NCBI GenBank assembly: GCA_029251005.1
Contig: JAQXEE010000157.1
Location: forward strand, 645 to 64,644
Source of the DNA: Flavobacteriales bacterium
GTDB lineage: Bacteria > Bacteroidota > Bacteroidia > Flavobacteriales_C > GCA-002722245
Direction of reading: 5' to 3'
DNA: 64,000 bases
Below are positions 29,206-39,430 of the stretch, one piece after another. The number at the start of each line of letters is the position of its first letter. Position 1 is the first letter of the stretch. The translations under genes and the position numbers were made by a program. Below the pieces are notes generated by a model that saw only the letters and a list, made by a program, of their open reading frames with translations, made no database searches and was not told the DNA's origin.

Positions 29206-31835
29206 TGACTGAAGAAGCTCAACAAAAAATTAAACCATCTTACACAAAGTTTGTAATTACCTTTTGGGTGATTTTCACTCTGGGTTTTGGAACAGTTTAT
29301 TATATTTTCAATGGTATTGCTAACGACGATTTGATGGGTGAACTACCTTCTTTTGAGCAATTAGAGAATCCTAGTACATCATTAGCAACTCAACTTTTAT
29401 CTTCCGATGGTAAACAATTAGGTACAATTTTCAAAGAAAACCGATCCCTCGCCAAATATTCAGAATTGTCTCAACATTTAATAGATGCTTTAGTAGCTAC
29501 CGAAGACGAACGCTTTTTTGATCATAGTGGGATTGATGGTAAATCATTAGCGCGCGCTATTCTTAAAGGGGGTAAATCTGGTGGTGGTTCTACCATTACA
29601 CAACAATTAGCAAAAATGCTTTTTACAGAGCAGGTCGTCAAAAACAAAGTTGAGCGCGCTAAGCAAAAACTAAAAGAGTGGGTTGTTGCGGTTCAACTAG
29701 AAAAGCAATATACAAAAGAAGAAATTGTTACGATGTATTTTAATACGTTAGACTTTGTAAATAACGCAGCGGGGATTAAATCCGCTTCTAATGTTTATTT
29801 TAATACACAGCCCGAAGATTTAAAAATTGAAGAAGCAGCGATGTTTGTTGGGATGGCAAAAAATCCAGCATTATTTAACCCTATGAGGAGGCCCGATACA
29901 ACTCTTTTTAGACGAAATGTAGTGTTTTCTCAAATGCTTAAAAATGAAAAAATATCTAAAATAGAATACGATAGTTTAAGATTATTACCACTTGGGTTAG
30001 AGTTTACAAGAGCTTCTCACAGAAGTGGCGTAGCTACTTATTTCAGAGAAGAAGTACGAAAGAAATTAAAGAATATTTTTAAGACTTTAAGAAAACCCGA
30101 TGGACAGAAATACAGCATCTACCAGGATGGATTAAAAATTTACACTAGTATTAATTACGATATGCAAAAGTATGCTGAAAATGCTGTTAAAACGCATTTA
30201 GGAAAAGAATTACAACCTGCATTTTTCAAGCATTGGAAATCTAAATCAAGAGGATTAAAAAAGTACGCTCCATTTTATTTTGAAGATTACACAGATGCTG
30301 AAAAAGCGAATTCTGTTGAAAGTTTAATTAAAAGAGGAATTAGAACATCTAGTAGGTATAAAAAAGGATTAGATGCAAGACCAACGCTTAAAAAAGTTAC
30401 CTACGCTTACAATCGGGCTTCTTACAAAAATCAACGCTGGGTAAACAAAGTTAAAGCGTTTGATGATAAACGATATTTGGTTCAGCAAGAGTTGAATCGT
30501 TTAAACAAAGACACGACGAATGCTAGAGCCATTTTAAGAGAAAAAGATCGGGTGAGGGATGAGATCGAAGTTTTTCAAGACAGTATAGACTTTAATAAAA
30601 AGAAAATTAAATCTTTTAAAAGTGAACTTTCCGAAAAAAAATCTGCCTATTTAAAATTATGGGAACCATTTGATCGTGTAATGATGGCTAAGTTTGATGA
30701 TAAAATTAGAATGAAAGTTTTCACTTGGAACGGAGAACGAGATACTTTGATGAGCCCTAGGGATTCTGTTATTCATCATAAATGGTATCTACGATCAGGC
30801 TTATTATCTATTGATCCTCATACGGGTTTTATTCGTGCTTGGGTAGGTGGGATAAATTATAAATATTTCCAGTACGATCACGTAAGAGCAACTCGTCAGG
30901 TTGGATCAACATTTAAACCATTTGTTTATGCAACTGCTATTGAAAACGGAGTAAACCCTTGTGAAGAGTACCTAAATGAAGAAGTGACATTTCCAGCAGG
31001 GTTATATGGATTAGAAGAACCATGGAAACCAAAAAACGCAGGAGGAGAATCAAATTTAGACGGTCAATCTTTAACGTTAAAAATTGCATTAGCTAATTCA
31101 GTGAACTCTATTACAGCTAGAATTATGAAGAATTTCGGTCCTGAAGCAGTAATTAATGTTGCTCGAAGATGTGGGATTTCAACTCCTATCGACCCTGTTC
31201 CTTCAATTTGTTTAGGTACTCCTGATGTATCACTTTATGACATGGTATCTGCTTATTGTGTTTTTGTAAATAAAGGTATTAGAATAGAACCTCAGTTTAT
31301 AACTAGGATTGAAGATAAAAACGGATCTGTAATTTGGCGACCAGTACCAGAAAGGCGCGAAGCAATGACGGAAGAAAATGCCTATCGAATGATTGAGTTA
31401 TTAAGTGGTGTAGCTGCTTATGGTCCAAAAGTAGGCGGGAAAGCAACCTATGGAACAGGAGTTCGGTTAAGATCTCCCAACCGTCCATATGCTAAAATCC
31501 CATACTCGGTTAAAATATCAGGAAAAACAGGAACTACTCAAATGCAAAGTGATGGATGGTTTATGGGTATGACTCCTGATTTAGTTACAGGAGTTTGGAC
31601 AGGTTGTGAAGACCGCGCAGCTCATTTTCTATCCTTAAGATTAGGCATGGGAACTAACATGGCACTACCTATTTGGGGATATTATATGAATAGTATTTAC
31701 AAAAATCCAAAACTAAAAATATCTAAAGGAGATTTCATCAAGCCAGAGTCGTTGAAAAACGAAGAATTCGATTGTGCTAAACGTAAAGCTAACTTCCAAA
31801 ATACATCACAGAATGTGGATTTCGACGAGTTTTAG
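29205..31835 (+). CDS. Penicillin-binding protein 1A (transglycosylase/transpeptidase)
   Basis: ATEDERF, GGSTITQQLAK, STFK, SVN, KTGT. Confidence 0.93.
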   Translation: MTEEAQQKIKPSYTKFVITFWVIFTLGFGTVYYIFNGIANDDLMGELPSFEQLENPSTSLATQLLSSDGKQLGTIFKENRSLAKYSELSQHLIDALVATEDERFFDHSGIDGKSLARAILKGGKSGGGSTITQQLAKMLFTEQVVKNKVERAKQKLKEWVVAVQLEKQYTKEEIVTMYFNTLDFVNNAAGIKSASNVYFNTQPEDLKIEEAAMFVGMAKNPALFNPMRRPDTTLFRRNVVFSQMLKNEKISKIEYDSLRLLPLGLEFTRASHRSGVATYFREEVRKKLKNIFKTLRKPDGQKYSIYQDGLKIYTSINYDMQKYAENAVKTHLGKELQPAFFKHWKSKSRGLKKYAPFYFEDYTDAEKANSVESLIKRGIRTSSRYKKGLDARPTLKKVTYAYNRASYKNQRWVNKVKAFDDKRYLVQQELNRLNKDTTNARAILREKDRVRDEIEVFQDSIDFNKKKIKSFKSELSEKKSAYLKLWEPFDRVMMAKFDDKIRMKVFTWNGERDTLMSPRDSVIHHKWYLRSGLLSIDPHTGFIRAWVGGINYKYFQYDHVRATRQVGSTFKPFVYATAIENGVNPCEEYLNEEVTFPAGLYGLEEPWKPKNAGGESNLDGQSLTLKIALANSVNSITARIMKNFGPEAVINVARRCGISTPIDPVPSICLGTPDVSLYDMVSAYCVFVNKGIRIEPQFITRIEDKNGSVIWRPVPERREAMTEENAYRMIELLSGVAAYGPKVGGKATYGTGVRLRSPNRPYAKIPYSVKISGKTGTTQMQSDGWFMGMTPDLVTGVWTGCEDRAAHFLSLRLGMGTNMALPIWGYYMNSIYKNPKLKISKGDFIKPESLKNEEFDCAKRKANFQNTSQNVDFDEF

Positions 31836-31934
31836 TATTACATAGTAAACTTGTGCAATTAAACTTGCTAGTCTTTACATCAGTTTTTATGCAAAAAATA
31901 AATCGTTGGTTTAATACGAGAAGTTAACGGTTGT

Positions 31935-33161
31935 TTATGCTTCTTTTTCTAAAAGAATTTCTTTCGCCATTTTCATTGGAACAGAAATGTACTTTTTTTC
32001 CATGTAAGCGAGCATTTTATCAAGAACTTCTTTGTTTTCAACAGTCATGGCATCCATTTCTTTTATGAACACTTCGTTCATGGCCAATTCTTTGATTTCT
32101 TTAATTTTTTGAGGAACTGCCTTCATTGCTAATTCAACTTTTCGTTCCTTGAACGCCAATTTAAATGCAATGATTTGTTCTTCAATCAATGTTTGACAAA
32201 CGGTAAGTTCTTTTTCTCTCTTTTTAAGGTTTGATTTTGAGACTTCTTTTAAGGCTTTAATTTCAATGTAATTTACGTTGTTCTTTTCGATTACTTCTGG
32301 ATGAATGTCGTAAGGTACAGCAATGTCAATAATTGTCTTTTTATTCGTTTCTTTTCCTAACAGATTTTTATAAATTTCTGGAGTAACAACATGGTCCTCA
32401 CTTCCAGTACAAGTTACCAGTAAATCAAAACCCTCGTTAAAAGTTGAAAGTTGGTCTAAGCCTAAAGCTCTACCACCAATGTGATTCGTTAAGGATTCTG
32501 CTTTTGATAATGTTCTGTTAAATAGTGTCAGGTTTTTTAATCCGTGTTTGCTCAAAAATCTACACATATTTGTGTTTGTTTCTCCAGCACCAACAACTAA
32601 AATTCGAGAATTGTCTTTAATTCCGACTTCTCTCAACTTTCGATAAGCTAGTGAAACGATGGAAATAGGATTTTTTGCAATGTTCGTTTTTGTGTAAATT
32701 TCTTTAGCGGATTCGATTGTTTTGTTAATTAGTAATCGAATAATTGGTCCTGTGAGTTCAAGTTTAGAACATTCATCAAATGATTTACGCACTTGAGTTA
32801 TGATCTCTCTTTCTCCTACAACGAGTGAATCTAAAGAAGAAGCAATCTGAAAAGTGTGTTTAACGGCTTCTTCTCCTTCAAACATTTTACAGTTTTTTAA
32901 AGCCCATTTGATGTCGGAATCATCCCAATCAGGATTGAAAACAGAGAAAAAAGAATAATTAAAACTTTCATTTAATTCTTCATCATGTACAAACATGAAC
33001 TCAACTCGATTACAAGTTGAGAGGTACATTAATTCAGAAATTCCAAGGTTTTTTAGTCTAGATAGACGCTCTTTCCTCTTGGCTACATCAATGTGCAACT
33101 TACCGATATTTGAGATATCAGTGGTCTTATGAGTGAATGCTATTACCTTTAATTCTTTCAC
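31935..33161 (-). CDS. hemA: Glutamyl-tRNA reductase
   Basis: STCNRVE, SLDSLVVGEREI, GAGE; GTG start. Confidence 0.95.
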   Translation of the reverse strand: MKELKVIAFTHKTTDISNIGKLHIDVAKRKERLSRLKNLGISELMYLSTCNRVEFMFVHDEELNESFNYSFFSVFNPDWDDSDIKWALKNCKMFEGEEAVKHTFQIASSLDSLVVGEREIITQVRKSFDECSKLELTGPIIRLLINKTIESAKEIYTKTNIAKNPISIVSLAYRKLREVGIKDNSRILVVGAGETNTNMCRFLSKHGLKNLTLFNRTLSKAESLTNHIGGRALGLDQLSTFNEGFDLLVTCTGSEDHVVTPEIYKNLLGKETNKKTIIDIAVPYDIHPEVIEKNNVNYIEIKALKEVSKSNLKKREKELTVCQTLIEEQIIAFKLAFKERKVELAMKAVPQKIKEIKELAMNEVFIKEMDAMTVENKEVLDKMLAYMEKKYISVPMKMAKEILLEKEA

Positions 33162-33231
33162 AGTATTGTTTACACTGTAAATTTCCCCAAAGAGAGGCAG
33201 TGCTTTGTCATAGTATTGTCAGGTTGCGACT

Positions 33232-33253
33232 AAATATGATTTGAATCATATTT
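33232..33253. promoter_or_regulatory. 22-bp CRP/FNR-like palindrome in the hemA/ftsX divergent region
   Basis: aaatatgatt-tg-aatcatattt; core TGAT-N4-ATCA. Confidence 0.55.
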
Positions 33254-33363
33254 TAAAATGAATCTATATAAGCTATAATTCAAGGGTTTTCAACAATAAA
33301 TTTTTAACGTTTATTAGGTAGAATCTAATTTTTGGACGAGTAGATTTATATATTTTTACAAAT

Positions 33364-34251
33364 ATGTCAACTGATGAAGGGAAATATTCAAACTGGAGAA
33401 CTACTACATCTTATATTTCCACGGCAATAAGTATTGCAATGGTAATTTATGTTGTAGGGTTGTTAGGCCTTGTATTAATGAAGGGTAAGGTTTTAGGAGA
33501 TTCTTTTAAAGAGAAGTTTGCTTTTGAAATATATCTTAAAGAAGGTGTAAAAGATATCGAAATAATGCAACTTAAAAAAGAGTTGGATTCAGAAGATTTT
33601 GTAAAGAAAACCGTTTGGAAAGATAAAGAGGACGCCTTAAAAGAATACTTGGCTGAAGTTGACCCAAAAGAAAACTTTACGATGAATTTAGGGGCTAACC
33701 CATTGCCTCAAAATATTGATGTTTATTTCGAAGCTGATTTTAACCATCCGGATAGCATTACTGGATTAAGAAATGAATTGCAAGAAAATCCTATCGTAGA
33801 TGATTTAAGGTATCCAAGAGATTTGTTATTTATGGTGTACGAAAATATCAATAAAATTAGTTTAGCCTTGTTAACCGTGAGTGGATTATTATTGATTATT
33901 GCAATCGGATTAATATCAAATACGATTCGATTGCGCGTTTATTCTCAACGATTTATTATTAAAACCATGCAGTTAGTAGGCGCTAGTAATTGGTTTATCC
34001 GGAAACCTTTCTTTTGGAATGGTATAGTGCTAGGCTTCCTAAGTGGAATAATCGCAGTTTTTGCCTTAGCGGGAACTTTGAAAATTATTTACGACTTTTG
34101 GCCTGCGTTTCAGGATGAATTACAAAATGTAACATTGGATTTGATACTTTATGGTATAATGCTGATTATTGCGATTGGGATTTCATGGTTTGCAACTCAA
34201 TTTGCAGTTGGACGCTTTTTAAGATTAAAAACAGAGAAATTATATTACTAA
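33364..34251 (+). CDS. ftsX: Cell division permease FtsX
   Basis: Four TM segments, NPLP, NTIRL..YSQRF.IKTMQLVGA. Confidence 0.92.
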   Translation: MSTDEGKYSNWRTTTSYISTAISIAMVIYVVGLLGLVLMKGKVLGDSFKEKFAFEIYLKEGVKDIEIMQLKKELDSEDFVKKTVWKDKEDALKEYLAEVDPKENFTMNLGANPLPQNIDVYFEADFNHPDSITGLRNELQENPIVDDLRYPRDLLFMVYENINKISLALLTVSGLLLIIAIGLISNTIRLRVYSQRFIIKTMQLVGASNWFIRKPFFWNGIVLGFLSGIIAVFALAGTLKIIYDFWPAFQDELQNVTLDLILYGIMLIIAIGISWFATQFAVGRFLRLKTEKLYY

Positions 34252-34252
34252 T

Positions 34253-34528
34253 ATGAGTGATAACAATTCAAAATTCGTTTTCGAAAAGAAAAATTATGTA
34301 ATGATGGCTATTGGTTTCGCTATTGTGATTATTGGGTTTATGTTAATGGCAGGTGGAAAATCGGAAGATCCTAATGCATTTAACCCTGATGAAATATTTA
34401 GTCATAGGAGAATTACTTTAGCCCCATTAATGGTATTAATTGGTTTTGCTGTGGTTGGTTTTGGGATAATGCTTAAAACTAAAACCGACGAAGATGCAAC
34501 TGTTTCAACAGATGTAATTGAGGATTAA
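34253..34528 (+). CDS. DUF3098 membrane protein
   Basis: KKNY, FNPDEIFSHRRITLAP; between ftsX and uppP. Confidence 0.85.
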   Translation: MSDNNSKFVFEKKNYVMMAIGFAIVIIGFMLMAGGKSEDPNAFNPDEIFSHRRITLAPLMVLIGFAVVGFGIMLKTKTDEDATVSTDVIED

Positions 34529-35319
34529 TGGAAATTATTGATGCAATTATAATTGGAATTATCCAAGGATTAACCGAGTTCTTACCAGTAAGTAGTAGTG
34601 GTCATATTGAATTGGCAAAAGAGGTTCTTAATGCTAGCGTTCCGGGTGAAAATAATATGTTGTTAACAATTGTTTTACACGCTGCTACGGCTTTAAGTAC
34701 AATTGTTATTTTCCGCAAAGAATTATTAGAAATTGTTAAAGGTTTATTTCAGTTTAAATGGAACGATGAATTTAAGTTCTCGTTAAATATTGTTGTTTCT
34801 ATGATTCCGGCGGTAATTATTGGTTTAGTATTTGAAGAGGAAATCGATACTTTTTTTGCCGGGAATGTATTGCTTGTGGGCTTGATGCTTTTAGTAACAG
34901 GTGTTTTGTTGTTTTTAGCGGATAAATCTAAAAATACAACAAAGAGCGTTGGATTCCCAGAAGCTGTAACCATTGGAATATCTCAAGCAATAGCGATCTT
35001 GCCAGGAATCTCCAGAAGTGGTGCTACAATAGGAACTTCGGTAATGTTAGGAATAGACAGAACAAAAGCGGCTAAGTTTTCTTTTTTAATGGTGGTTCCT
35101 TTAATTTTTGGAAAAATTGCAAAAGATCTTTTAAGCGGAGAATTGGTTATTAATTCAGAAGAATCCATAGCTATGGGAGCTGGCTTTTTTGCTGCTTTCG
35201 TAACAGGACTTATTGCTTGCACTTGGATGATCTCGCTGGTTAAAAAGAGTCAATTAAAATATTTTTCATACTACTGCTTTGCTGTAGGAATAATCGCAAT
35301 TGGATATGCTGCCTTTTGA
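34528..35319 (+). CDS. uppP: Undecaprenyl-diphosphate phosphatase
   Basis: QGLTEFLPVSSSGH, PGISRSGAT. Confidence 0.95.
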   Translation: MEIIDAIIIGIIQGLTEFLPVSSSGHIELAKEVLNASVPGENNMLLTIVLHAATALSTIVIFRKELLEIVKGLFQFKWNDEFKFSLNIVVSMIPAVIIGLVFEEEIDTFFAGNVLLVGLMLLVTGVLLFLADKSKNTTKSVGFPEAVTIGISQAIAILPGISRSGATIGTSVMLGIDRTKAAKFSFLMVVPLIFGKIAKDLLSGELVINSEESIAMGAGFFAAFVTGLIACTWMISLVKKSQLKYFSYYCFAVGIIAIGYAAF

Positions 35320-35320
35320 T

Positions 35321-35992
35321 GTGATTTCTGATAAAAAATTCGAGGAATACAACGAAGAAGAGTTAAAATCGGGTGCTGTTTTTTTGGTTGATAAACCATT
35401 AGATTGGACATCATTCCAGGTTGTAAACAAGCTTCGATGGATTATTCGAAAAACGTTTAAGATTAAAAAGATAAAAGTTGGTCATGCAGGGACATTAGAT
35501 CCTTTGGCAACTGGTCTTTTAATTATCTGTGTTGGGAAAAAAACCAAAGAGATTGATACCTATCAAGGCAAAGAAAAAGAATACACAGGAACAATTACAG
35601 TTGGTGGCACAACGGCTTCTTTCGACTTAGAAGAAGAGATAGATCAAACTTTCCCAACTGAACATATTACAGAGGAAGAACTTCAGGCTGCGGCTTTAAA
35701 ACTTACGGGGGAAATTGAACAATATCCTCCTGTTTTTAGTGCTGTGAAAATAGATGGGAAAAGAGCTTACGAAAGTGCTCGTAAAGGGGAAGAGGTGAAA
35801 GTGAAACCACGTCAGGTTTCTATTTCTAAGTTTGATATTGATACTTCTGAATTTCCAAAAGTTCATTTTACAATTATTTGTAGTAAAGGAACCTATATTC
35901 GATCGATGGCTTCTGATTTTGGGAAGTTGTTAGATAACGGAGCGCATCTTTCTGCTTTAAGAAGAGAGCGTATTGGTGAATTCTCACTTTAA
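35321..35992 (+). CDS. truB: tRNA pseudouridine(55) synthase
   Basis: DKPLDWTS, GHAGTLDPLATG, CSKGTYIRS; start uncertain (GTG 35321). Confidence 0.93.
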   Translation: MISDKKFEEYNEEELKSGAVFLVDKPLDWTSFQVVNKLRWIIRKTFKIKKIKVGHAGTLDPLATGLLIICVGKKTKEIDTYQGKEKEYTGTITVGGTTASFDLEEEIDQTFPTEHITEEELQAAALKLTGEIEQYPPVFSAVKIDGKRAYESARKGEEVKVKPRQVSISKFDIDTSEFPKVHFTIICSKGTYIRSMASDFGKLLDNGAHLSALRRERIGEFSL

Positions 35993-36127
35993 CCTTATTG
36001 AATAAGTATTTATTGTTTTAATCAAATGAAGTGCATTTTTTGATGATTGCGGTGAAAAGACCTTTTATTAAAACCCCGTTTTTATTCCAAAAAACAGCAT
36101 ATTAAGCTCTAAATAATTTATAAAATT

Positions 36128-36619
36128 ATGAAAAACGCAAAATACTGGGTTGAAAACCTAAATTTACTTCCACATCCAGAAGGTGGCTTTTTTAAAGAAG
36201 TTTATAGATCATCCGCCTCTTTTGAACCAATCAATTTTGATGGGAAGAGAAATTACGCAACAAGTATTTACTTTTTGTTAGAGGAAGGAAATGTGTCTAA
36301 TTTCCACAGCATCAAATCGGATGAGATATGGTATTATCATGCTGGTGATGCTTTATCCGTTTTTGTAATTGGTTTAGATGGTAAACTTCATGAGTTGAAA
36401 ATTGGACCAAATCCGGATAAAGGAGAGGTGCTTCAAGCAATGGTTCCGGCACGATCGGTTTTTGGGTCAAAAAGTAACGGTAAATATTCCTTAGTAGGTT
36501 GTATGGTTTCTCCAGGCTTTGATTTTAATGACTTTAAACTAAATACTACTTCAGAATTATTGGAAAGGTACCCTGATTATCATGTAATTATTAAAGAATT
36601 ATCAAAAGACAAGTACTAA
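36128..36619 (+). CDS. Cupin domain protein (DUF985)
   Basis: PHPEGG, TSIYFLL, DEIWYYHAG, VSPGFDF. Confidence 0.88.
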   Translation: MKNAKYWVENLNLLPHPEGGFFKEVYRSSASFEPINFDGKRNYATSIYFLLEEGNVSNFHSIKSDEIWYYHAGDALSVFVIGLDGKLHELKIGPNPDKGEVLQAMVPARSVFGSKSNGKYSLVGCMVSPGFDFNDFKLNTTSELLERYPDYHVIIKELSKDKY

Positions 36620-36686
36620 GGGTTTTCAGGCAATAAATGCTGTAAATACAGTTGGTTAGAAGAAAAGCAAACAGTACCTTTAGAGC

Positions 36687-39389
36687 ATGAAGAAAACGAT
36701 TGTTTTATTCCCTTTATTAGCTTTAATAATCTATTCATGCCAGTCTTTAGTAAAAGAGGTTAATCAAGAAGTAAAATTAGTTAAAGTTGAATCTGATTTA
36801 AAAAAGGAAAATAAATACACTTACCAAGCATCCGAAAAAAGAATATTCGATCTGCTACATACAAGCTTAGACGTTACGCCAGTTTGGGAAAAGCAGGAGC
36901 TAGAAGGGAAAGCTGTTTTAACCGTAAGACCTTATTTTTATAGCACAAAAATATTGACGTTAGACGCAAAAGGAATGACCATTAAGTCGGTTGGTATGCT
37001 AGATTCCACTGCCCAAGTTCAGCCTTTAAAATTTGAATATGATTCTCTTCAAATCCAAATAATACTTCCGGCAAAATATGAAAGAACAGATACGTTCAAA
37101 GTTCAAATAGAATACACTGCAAAACCAAATGAGTTGGCAGGAAATGGAAGTAAAGCAATTAATGATGATAAAGGGTTGTATTTTATTAATCCACTTGGTA
37201 GAGATCAATTTAAACCTCAACAAATTTGGACACAAGGAGAAACAGAAGCTTCATCGGCTTGGTTTCCAACTATTGATGCTCCAAACGAAAAGACGACTCA
37301 AGAAATTAAAATCACTGTAAATCCAAAGTTTAGCACTCTTTCTAATGGCTTATTAATAAGTAGTAAAACTAATGCAAATGGTACCAGAACTGATTACTGG
37401 AAGCAAACAAAACGACATGCGCCATATTTATTCATGATGGCTGTGGGAGAATTTGCTGTGATAAAAGATAGTTGGAGAGGTATTGCAGTAAACTATTTAG
37501 TGCCACCAAAGGATAGTGTTTACGCTAAAGGTGTTTTTGGAAACACACCAGAAATGTTAACTTTTTATTCGGATGTTTTAGGATACGACTATCCATGGGA
37601 TAAATACAATCAGATTGTTGTTTCGGATTATGTTTCGGGGGCAATGGAAAATACTGGAGCCGTGATTCATGGTAAATGGGTATTCACTACTCCCGAACAA
37701 CAAATAGATGAAAATCATGAAGACGTCGTTGCGCATGAATTATTTCATCATTGGTTTGGAGACTTAGTGACTTGTGAATCATGGAGTAATTTACCATTAA
37801 ATGAGAGTTTCGCAACTTATGGGGAGTACTTATGGATTGAGCATAAATATGGAAAATTAAAGGCAGATCGTCATTTAAGAATTGACATGTTGAACTACTT
37901 TGCTGATACGCCTAGAGTTGATTTAATTCGATTTCATTACAACGATAAGGAGGATATGTTTGACCGTCATACGTATGAAAAAGGTGGAAGGATATTACAT
38001 ATGTTAAGAGACTTAGTTGGAGATGACGCTTTTTTTGAATCGTTGAAATTATACCTTCATACAAACGAATTTAATACGGTTGAAATTCATCAACTAAGGT
38101 TGGCTTTTGAAGAAGTTACAGGGATGGATTTGAATGTGTTTTTTAATCAATGGTTTTTAAACAAAGGACATCCTGTTTTGGATGTTCGCTATGAATCAAA
38201 ATCAGATTCTTTATTAATAATAGTTAAACAAGTTCAATCGCTAAATTTCCCAACGTTTGAGTTCCCTGTAAGTATTGATGTTTATGCTGGTGGTGAACCA
38301 AAACGGAAAGAAATATTTATTTCAAAGCGTGAAGAAACCTTCTTGTTTAAAGGTTTGGGTAATCCTGAAGCGATTAATTTTGATGCCGAAAAGGTATTGT
38401 TGGCTAAAGTTAAACAAGATATATCACCAGAATCTGCATTGGTGCTTTATCAAAACGGGAAAAATTACGGAACAAAGCTGGAAGCTTTATTAGCTATTAA
38501 CAGAGATACATCGGTTATTGCCTGGGAATTGTTAAATAAGGCAAGTAAAGATACTTTTGAGCATTTTAGAAAAATCAGTTATTATTTATGGAACCGAATT
38601 GATGAAGGTAGAACTGAGGAGCATAAAGAGAAATTATTAGATGTGTTTGCAAATGATTTAAGTGCGCACGTTCGTTTGGCTTGTTTAAACTCACTAGGTT
38701 CTTCTTGGTCCGAAGACAGTACGTTGATTCCACTTTATAAAAAGGCTTTAAAGGATTCGTCCATAAATATTAAACTTTTAGGATTAGAGTTGCTTTCGGA
38801 TATTGCTAGAGAGGATGCGTTACTAAGAGCTTATCAATTAGAGAATTTAACGGATGCTAGAGTAATTACAACTTTAGCTAGACTATATGCTGATGTAAGA
38901 GATGAAAGTAAGCGTAAATGGTACAATTGGGCTTTAAAACAAGTTGAAGCACGTAATAAAAACTACGTTATTGAAAAATATGCAGTGTACTTGTCGGAGA
39001 AAGGGAATGAGGTTGTTTGGAAAGGTTGTAAGGCATTGAAGGAGGAAGCTATTTATGAAAACAATAAAGACGTTAGAGGTGCCGCTGGATTAGCATTACA
39101 TTCTCTAAGAAACAGAAATATTGAGCGCATTCTGGATATCCGAAGAGATATTAAGGATCAAAAGGAATCGTCAATAGGAAAACCTTATGACCTTAAATTA
39201 TTGGAAGAAAAGCACCAGGAACTGTTGGCGCATGAAGAACGTTTGATTACTTTGATTAAAAAGGTAGTTGAAGTTGAGGTAAATCAAAGGATTAGAGATT
39301 TATACGCTGAGAACAGATTGTTAGATACAGAACTCCCTGCTTTTGAGGGAATTCATGCGGAAGAGGTACTTAAGAAAGAGGAGAAATAA
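36687..39389 (+). CDS. M1 family aminopeptidase lipoprotein with HEAT-like C-terminus
   Basis: IYSC lipobox, GAMEN, HELFH-x18-E, YEKG. Confidence 0.92.
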   Translation: MKKTIVLFPLLALIIYSCQSLVKEVNQEVKLVKVESDLKKENKYTYQASEKRIFDLLHTSLDVTPVWEKQELEGKAVLTVRPYFYSTKILTLDAKGMTIKSVGMLDSTAQVQPLKFEYDSLQIQIILPAKYERTDTFKVQIEYTAKPNELAGNGSKAINDDKGLYFINPLGRDQFKPQQIWTQGETEASSAWFPTIDAPNEKTTQEIKITVNPKFSTLSNGLLISSKTNANGTRTDYWKQTKRHAPYLFMMAVGEFAVIKDSWRGIAVNYLVPPKDSVYAKGVFGNTPEMLTFYSDVLGYDYPWDKYNQIVVSDYVSGAMENTGAVIHGKWVFTTPEQQIDENHEDVVAHELFHHWFGDLVTCESWSNLPLNESFATYGEYLWIEHKYGKLKADRHLRIDMLNYFADTPRVDLIRFHYNDKEDMFDRHTYEKGGRILHMLRDLVGDDAFFESLKLYLHTNEFNTVEIHQLRLAFEEVTGMDLNVFFNQWFLNKGHPVLDVRYESKSDSLLIIVKQVQSLNFPTFEFPVSIDVYAGGEPKRKEIFISKREETFLFKGLGNPEAINFDAEKVLLAKVKQDISPESALVLYQNGKNYGTKLEALLAINRDTSVIAWELLNKASKDTFEHFRKISYYLWNRIDEGRTEEHKEKLLDVFANDLSAHVRLACLNSLGSSWSEDSTLIPLYKKALKDSSINIKLLGLELLSDIAREDALLRAYQLENLTDARVITTLARLYADVRDESKRKWYNWALKQVEARNKNYVIEKYAVYLSEKGNEVVWKGCKALKEEAIYENNKDVRGAAGLALHSLRNRNIERILDIRRDIKDQKESSIGKPYDLKLLEEKHQELLAHEERLITLIKKVVEVEVNQRIRDLYAENRLLDTELPAFEGIHAEEVLKKEEK

Positions 39390-39430
39390 TTGAGCTCTTT
39401 GGATATAGCCGAGAGACTAATCAAATTACA

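Noticed and set aside
35940..35992. truB possibly truncated at the C-terminus
   Set aside because: All catalytic motifs are present and Bacteroidota TruB is naturally short; cannot support a pseudogene call
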